DNA from: Promethearchaeota archaeon
GTDB taxonomy: Archaea > Asgardarchaeota > Lokiarchaeia > Sigyniarchaeales > SOKP01
Length of the DNA: 10,658 nucleotides
Assembly: GCA_048938445.1 (NCBI GenBank)
Contig: JBHLME010000143.1
Coordinates: 1 to 10,658 of the forward strand
Direction of reading: 5' to 3'
Under the pieces are notes generated by a model. It had not been told where the DNA came from. It was given only the letters and a program-made list of their open reading frames with translations, and did not search any database. Shown here in pieces: positions 7,308-10,658 of the stretch (position 1 is the first letter of the stretch; the number at the start of each line of letters is the position of its first letter). A program made the position numbers and the translations under genes.

Positions 7308-8060
7308 CTAGTGCATATGAAACATTAAAATGATTGCCATTAAAGCTACACCTAATAGTATCAAGATAAGTTGTTTAATATAATCTTTCGATCCAACTTT
7401 TTTGTGTAATTCCGGTGCTAAATCTGATAAAGCAATATAAAGAAAACTTGCCGCAGATAATGCTAACATAAAGGGCTTAAGGAGCTCTATTGCATCTAAA
7501 ATAAAATAACTGATAATCGCCGCGGGAATCGTTGCCGAGCTCGATAGAGCATTGTAAAAATATGCTTTTTTTTTTGTATATCCTGAATGCAGAAGAATTC
7601 CAAAATCTCCTGTTTCTTGGGGAATTTCATGTAGGATTATAGACAAGCTAGCTATAAGACCTATTGAAAAATTTGTTAAAAATGCAGAAGCTATTACTAT
7701 TCCATCAGTAAAATTATGAAAAGAATCACCAACTAGAATAATTGGTCCTGCAGTTTCACTACCATGCACTTCACAGGAATTATTTTGACAACTTCGCCAA
7801 ATTATTAATTTCTCCAAGAAGAAAAAAAACAAGATACCCCCTAATACAAATGGTAATATTAAATGGGGTCCACCAATTTCTTCTATAGCTTCTGGAAGTA
7901 ATCCTAAAAACGCTGCAGCTAATAATGTACCAGTAGCAAAAGAAATTAACAATGAAACCAGAGATTTTTGCTTAGTATCATCTAATAATAAAAAAGAGGC
8001 AGCTGCTGTGATTGCACCGAGGCTTCCCAATACTGAAAACAAAATAATCCAAAATAGAAT
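7308..8060 (-). CDS. ZIP (SLC39) family divalent metal transporter
   Basis: Multi-pass hydrophobic protein with SFATGTLLAAAFLGLLPEA, TM4 GDSFHNFTDG and TM5 HEIPQETGD. The ORF track start is TTG 8042, but the frame stays open and hydrophobic up to ATT 8060 (ILFWII), 6 nt downstream of GGTGA. Start position uncertain. Confidence 0.92.
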   Translation of the reverse strand: MLFWIILFSVLGSLGAITAAASFLLLDDTKQKSLVSLLISFATGTLLAAAFLGLLPEAIEEIGGPHLILPFVLGGILFFFFLEKLIIWRSCQNNSCEVHGSETAGPIILVGDSFHNFTDGIVIASAFLTNFSIGLIASLSIILHEIPQETGDFGILLHSGYTKKKAYFYNALSSSATIPAAIISYFILDAIELLKPFMLALSAASFLYIALSDLAPELHKKVGSKDYIKQLILILLGVALMAIILMFHMH

Positions 8061-8094
8061 TAATTTTCACCACAAAATAATAATTTTAATAATA

Positions 8095-8112
8095 ATTACG
8101 ATCGATCGTAAT
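8095..8112. promoter_or_regulatory. Perfect 18-bp palindrome, candidate operator 1 (TTACGA-N4-TCGTAA)
   Basis: ATTACGATCGATCGTAAT is its own reverse complement and lies at the expected transcription start of the ZIP operon. Confidence 0.75.
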
Positions 8113-8134
8113 ATATTAATAATGCATTTTTTAG

Positions 8135-8142
8135 TATTTAAA
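8135..8142 (-). promoter_or_regulatory. Archaeal TATA box for the ZIP-regulator operon
   Basis: Minus strand reads TTTAAATA, preceded by BRE-like CGTAAAA, and sits between the two palindromes. Confidence 0.6.
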
Positions 8143-8143
8143 T

Positions 8144-8161
8144 TTTACGATACTTCGTAAA
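8144..8161. promoter_or_regulatory. Inverted repeat, candidate operator 2 (TTACGA-N4-TCGTAA)
   Basis: TTTACGA-TACT-TCGTAAA has the same half-sites and spacer length as the 8096-8111 core, 49 bp away. Confidence 0.75.
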
Positions 8162-8242
8162 TTTTAAATTCTTCGATTATTCAATTTATATGTTCTAAAA
8201 CACTTATTATCTTTAAAAAACACTAATTTGAAATAAATCATT

Positions 8243-9355
8243 ATGATTATCGGTATCCCAAAAGAAAGCAAACCAGGAGAAGGAAGGGTAAGTTTAACTC
8301 CAAATAATGTAGAAGATATTGTTAAATTGGGTCATCAATTTATAATTGAAAGTAATGCGGGTGAATTATCTGGATATCCAGATCAATTATATGAAGAAGT
8401 TGGTGCTAAAATTCTAAATTCCAAGAAAAAAATTTATTCAGACTCACAAATCGTTGTAAAAGTAAAAGAACCAATTCAGCAAGAATTGGATTATTTGAAT
8501 CCGGGTCCATTGCTTTTTTCATTCTTGCATTTATCTGCGGAAGAGAATTTGACAAAAACACTCATAAAAGGAAAATCCACGGCAATTGCTTTTGAATCTG
8601 TAAAGGAAAATGGTGAATTTCCAATTTTAATGCCAATGTCAGAAATTGCAGGGAGAATGAGTATCATTATTGGTGCAAATTTGCTTTCAAAACGTGAAGG
8701 AGGATCTGGACAGCTTCTAGGTGGTGCCACGGGTATACGTCATGGTTATGTGATTATCTTGGGTGGTGGGACAGCAGGAAAAAGTGCAGCATTAGCTGCA
8801 AATGGATTAGGCGCCCATGTCATAATTCTCGAAAAAGATATTCAAAGAATTAGATACTTGAATGACATTTTACCAGATCGTATCTCTGTAATTAAAAGTA
8901 ATTCTAAAAATTTAAGAGAGTGCATTAAACTTGCAGATTTATTGGTTGGAACCGTTTTAATCCCGAATTCTAGGGCACCAAGAATCATTACGAGAGAGAT
9001 GGTGAAAACAATGTCTCCAGGCTCAGTTATTATTGATGTCTCGACAGATCAAGGAGGATGTGTGGAAACAAGTCGTGCTACTTCCCTATTAGATCCTACG
9101 TATATAGAAGAAGATATTATACATTATTGCGTAACTAATATGCCAGGAGCATTTCCGAAAACATCAACTGAGGCTTTATCTGAAAATATCTTTCCATATT
9201 TACTAAAATTAATTTCTGATGAAGACCTTTTGGAAACTTTAAAAAAAAATGATGCAATTAGAAATGGTGTTAATGTTTATGAAGGTAATATCACCATTGA
9301 GGCCATAGCAGACACATTTGGATTGCCTTTCATTCAAATTGATAATTTATTGTAA
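8243..9355 (+). CDS. ald: Alanine dehydrogenase (bacterial AlaDh/PNT type)
   Basis: 370-aa ORF with MIIGIPKE..PGEGRV.LTP, KVKEP, FLHL, L.PMSEIAGR, Rossmann GGGTAG, DV..DQGGCVETSR.T and HYCVTNMPGA. Confidence 0.95.
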   Translation: MIIGIPKESKPGEGRVSLTPNNVEDIVKLGHQFIIESNAGELSGYPDQLYEEVGAKILNSKKKIYSDSQIVVKVKEPIQQELDYLNPGPLLFSFLHLSAEENLTKTLIKGKSTAIAFESVKENGEFPILMPMSEIAGRMSIIIGANLLSKREGGSGQLLGGATGIRHGYVIILGGGTAGKSAALAANGLGAHVIILEKDIQRIRYLNDILPDRISVIKSNSKNLRECIKLADLLVGTVLIPNSRAPRIITREMVKTMSPGSVIIDVSTDQGGCVETSRATSLLDPTYIEEDIIHYCVTNMPGAFPKTSTEALSENIFPYLLKLISDEDLLETLKKNDAIRNGVNVYEGNITIEAIADTFGLPFIQIDNLL

Positions 9356-9367
9356 AGAATATTTAGA

Positions 9368-9384
9368 AAGTTCTCAGAGAACTT
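9368..9384. promoter_or_regulatory. Perfect 8-1-8 inverted repeat between ald and the ThrC-like gene
   Basis: AAGTTCTC-A-GAGAACTT; could be an operator or part of a terminator. Confidence 0.45.
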
Positions 9385-9447
9385 AATAATAATTCTATCT
9401 TTTTAATGAATATATAATAAATATGAATAGTATAGAGGTTAATTTTT

Positions 9448-10658
9448 ATCAACGATCCCCTTATTTTTACATGTAATGATTGTAATAAAGAATTTTCTTT
9501 TACAATAAGATTAAAACATTTATGCAATGAATGTGGAGGAATTTTATGGTTCAAACCAAATATTAGTAATTATAAAAAAGAGCTTTTTCAAAAAAGAAAA
9601 TTTTCGAAATTTTGGGATTATTATTTTACCTTTCCTCAAATAGAAAAGGATTTCATCGTGACATTAGGAGAAGGAGGGACACCTTTACGAGCATCTAAAA
9701 AATTAGGTGAACGATTAGGTGTTAAAAATTTATTTTTTAAAGATGAGACACAAAATCCAACAAATTCCTTTAAAGATAGAGCCGCAGCATTATTAATTTC
9801 ACATGCTAGAAGTTTAGATTATCATAAAGTTGTTTGCGCTTCAAATGGAAATCAAGGTGCATCTATTGCCGCATATACTTCTCTTGAGGGAATGGAATGT
9901 ATTAATATCATTCCCGAGGATATTGATGTTGGAAAAAGAGCACAGATGATTGCATATAATTCAAAAATTATTATTGACGGTCAAACTGTAGATGATGCAC
10001 TAAAAGATACTTTAAGTCCTAAATATGATAAATATTACCAATGCACACCTGAATATAATCCGCTCACGATTGAAGCTCAAAAGACTATTGCTTATGAAAT
10101 AATAGAACAAATAGAAAATCCAGATTGGATTATTGTGCCAATGGGAAGTGGAGGATTATTAATTAGCCTTTGGAAAGGTTTTTTGGATCTAAAAGAAATA
10201 GAAGTCATTCAAGAGATTCCCCGATTGGTAGGTGTTCAATCTCAAGTTTCATCACCTATTGTAAATAAATATGATCGAGTTGAAGAAATGATTAAAAATA
10301 CTAAAGAAATAATAAAATCCTATGCTTTAGGAGTTTTAGTGAAAAATCCGATATATCTTGACATAGCAATAAAAGCAATAAAAGATACAAAAGGAGTTGC
10401 TTTAGCAATTCCAGAAAATTTAATAATCTCATCTTCAGAAGATCTTGCAAGAAACGAAGGAATTTTTGCCGAACCTGCATCAGCATTAACAATAGCAGCA
10501 TTGAATATCTTAATTCAGAGAGAAAAAATTAATCCCAATGATAATATTATTTGCGTCATAACGGGAAGTGGGTTAAAAACACCTCATGTATTGGAAGCAT
10601 TATCAACTAGAGCTAAAACTGCTGGTCCTGGAGGAATTTTAAGCACAAAATTAAAAAT
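9448..10658 (+). CDS. Threonine synthase-family (fold-type II PLP) protein with N-terminal zinc ribbon; 3' end outside the window
   Basis: Frame open from 9436 to the window end. Contains CNDC...CNECGG, TLGEGGTPL, KDETQNPTNSFKDR (PLP lysine), ASNGNQGASIAAY, QKTIAYEI, VPMGSGG, EGIFAEPASA and ITGSGLK. No in-frame ATG/GTG/TTG precedes the zinc ribbon, so the start is placed tentatively at ATC 9448. Confidence 0.9.
   Translation, partial: MNDPLIFTCNDCNKEFSFTIRLKHLCNECGGILWFKPNISNYKKELFQKRKFSKFWDYYFTFPQIEKDFIVTLGEGGTPLRASKKLGERLGVKNLFFKDETQNPTNSFKDRAAALLISHARSLDYHKVVCASNGNQGASIAAYTSLEGMECINIIPEDIDVGKRAQMIAYNSKIIIDGQTVDDALKDTLSPKYDKYYQCTPEYNPLTIEAQKTIAYEIIEQIENPDWIIVPMGSGGLLISLWKGFLDLKEIEVIQEIPRLVGVQSQVSSPIVNKYDRVEEMIKNTKEIIKSYALGVLVKNPIYLDIAIKAIKDTKGVALAIPENLIISSSEDLARNEGIFAEPASALTIAALNILIQREKINPNDNIICVITGSGLKTPHVLEALSTRAKTAGPGGILSTKLK

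Noticed and set aside
8491-10501. Minus-strand ORFs 8491-8730, 9363-9554 and 10301-10501
   Set aside because: They overlap ald or the ThrC-like gene on the opposite strand and show no recognisable motifs.

Overview
AT-rich chromosomal segment, most likely from an Asgard archaeon of the Lokiarchaeia/Promethearchaeia. That placement is inferred from a PGF/Loki-CTERM-type sorting signal, archaeal TATA boxes and oligo-T terminators. Left to right it holds: a decayed AlkC/AlkD-like DNA-alkylation-repair pseudogene missed by the ORF track; a secreted surface protein with a sorting signal; an unusually long calcineurin-like metallophosphoesterase; two tandem 345-aa nitronate monooxygenase/FabK-family flavoenzymes; a flavin reductase-like protein; a minus-strand operon of a ZIP transporter and a DtxR-family regulator; a bacterial-type alanine dehydrogenase; and a threonine-synthase-like PLP protein that runs off the end and is also absent from the ORF track. 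No mobile element, CRISPR array or RNA gene was seen. Most notable: (1) a Cys-rich DtxR regulator lacking the canonical metal ligands, with two TTACGA-N4-TCGTAA palindromes flanking the ZIP TATA box; (2) two genes that appear to start at non-canonical ATT/ATC codons at identical spacing from an SD-like motif; (3) a ThrC-fold protein with substituted substrate-phosphate residues, a probable C-terminal extension and an upstream perfect palindrome. All assignments come from motif reading by eye; no searches were run.
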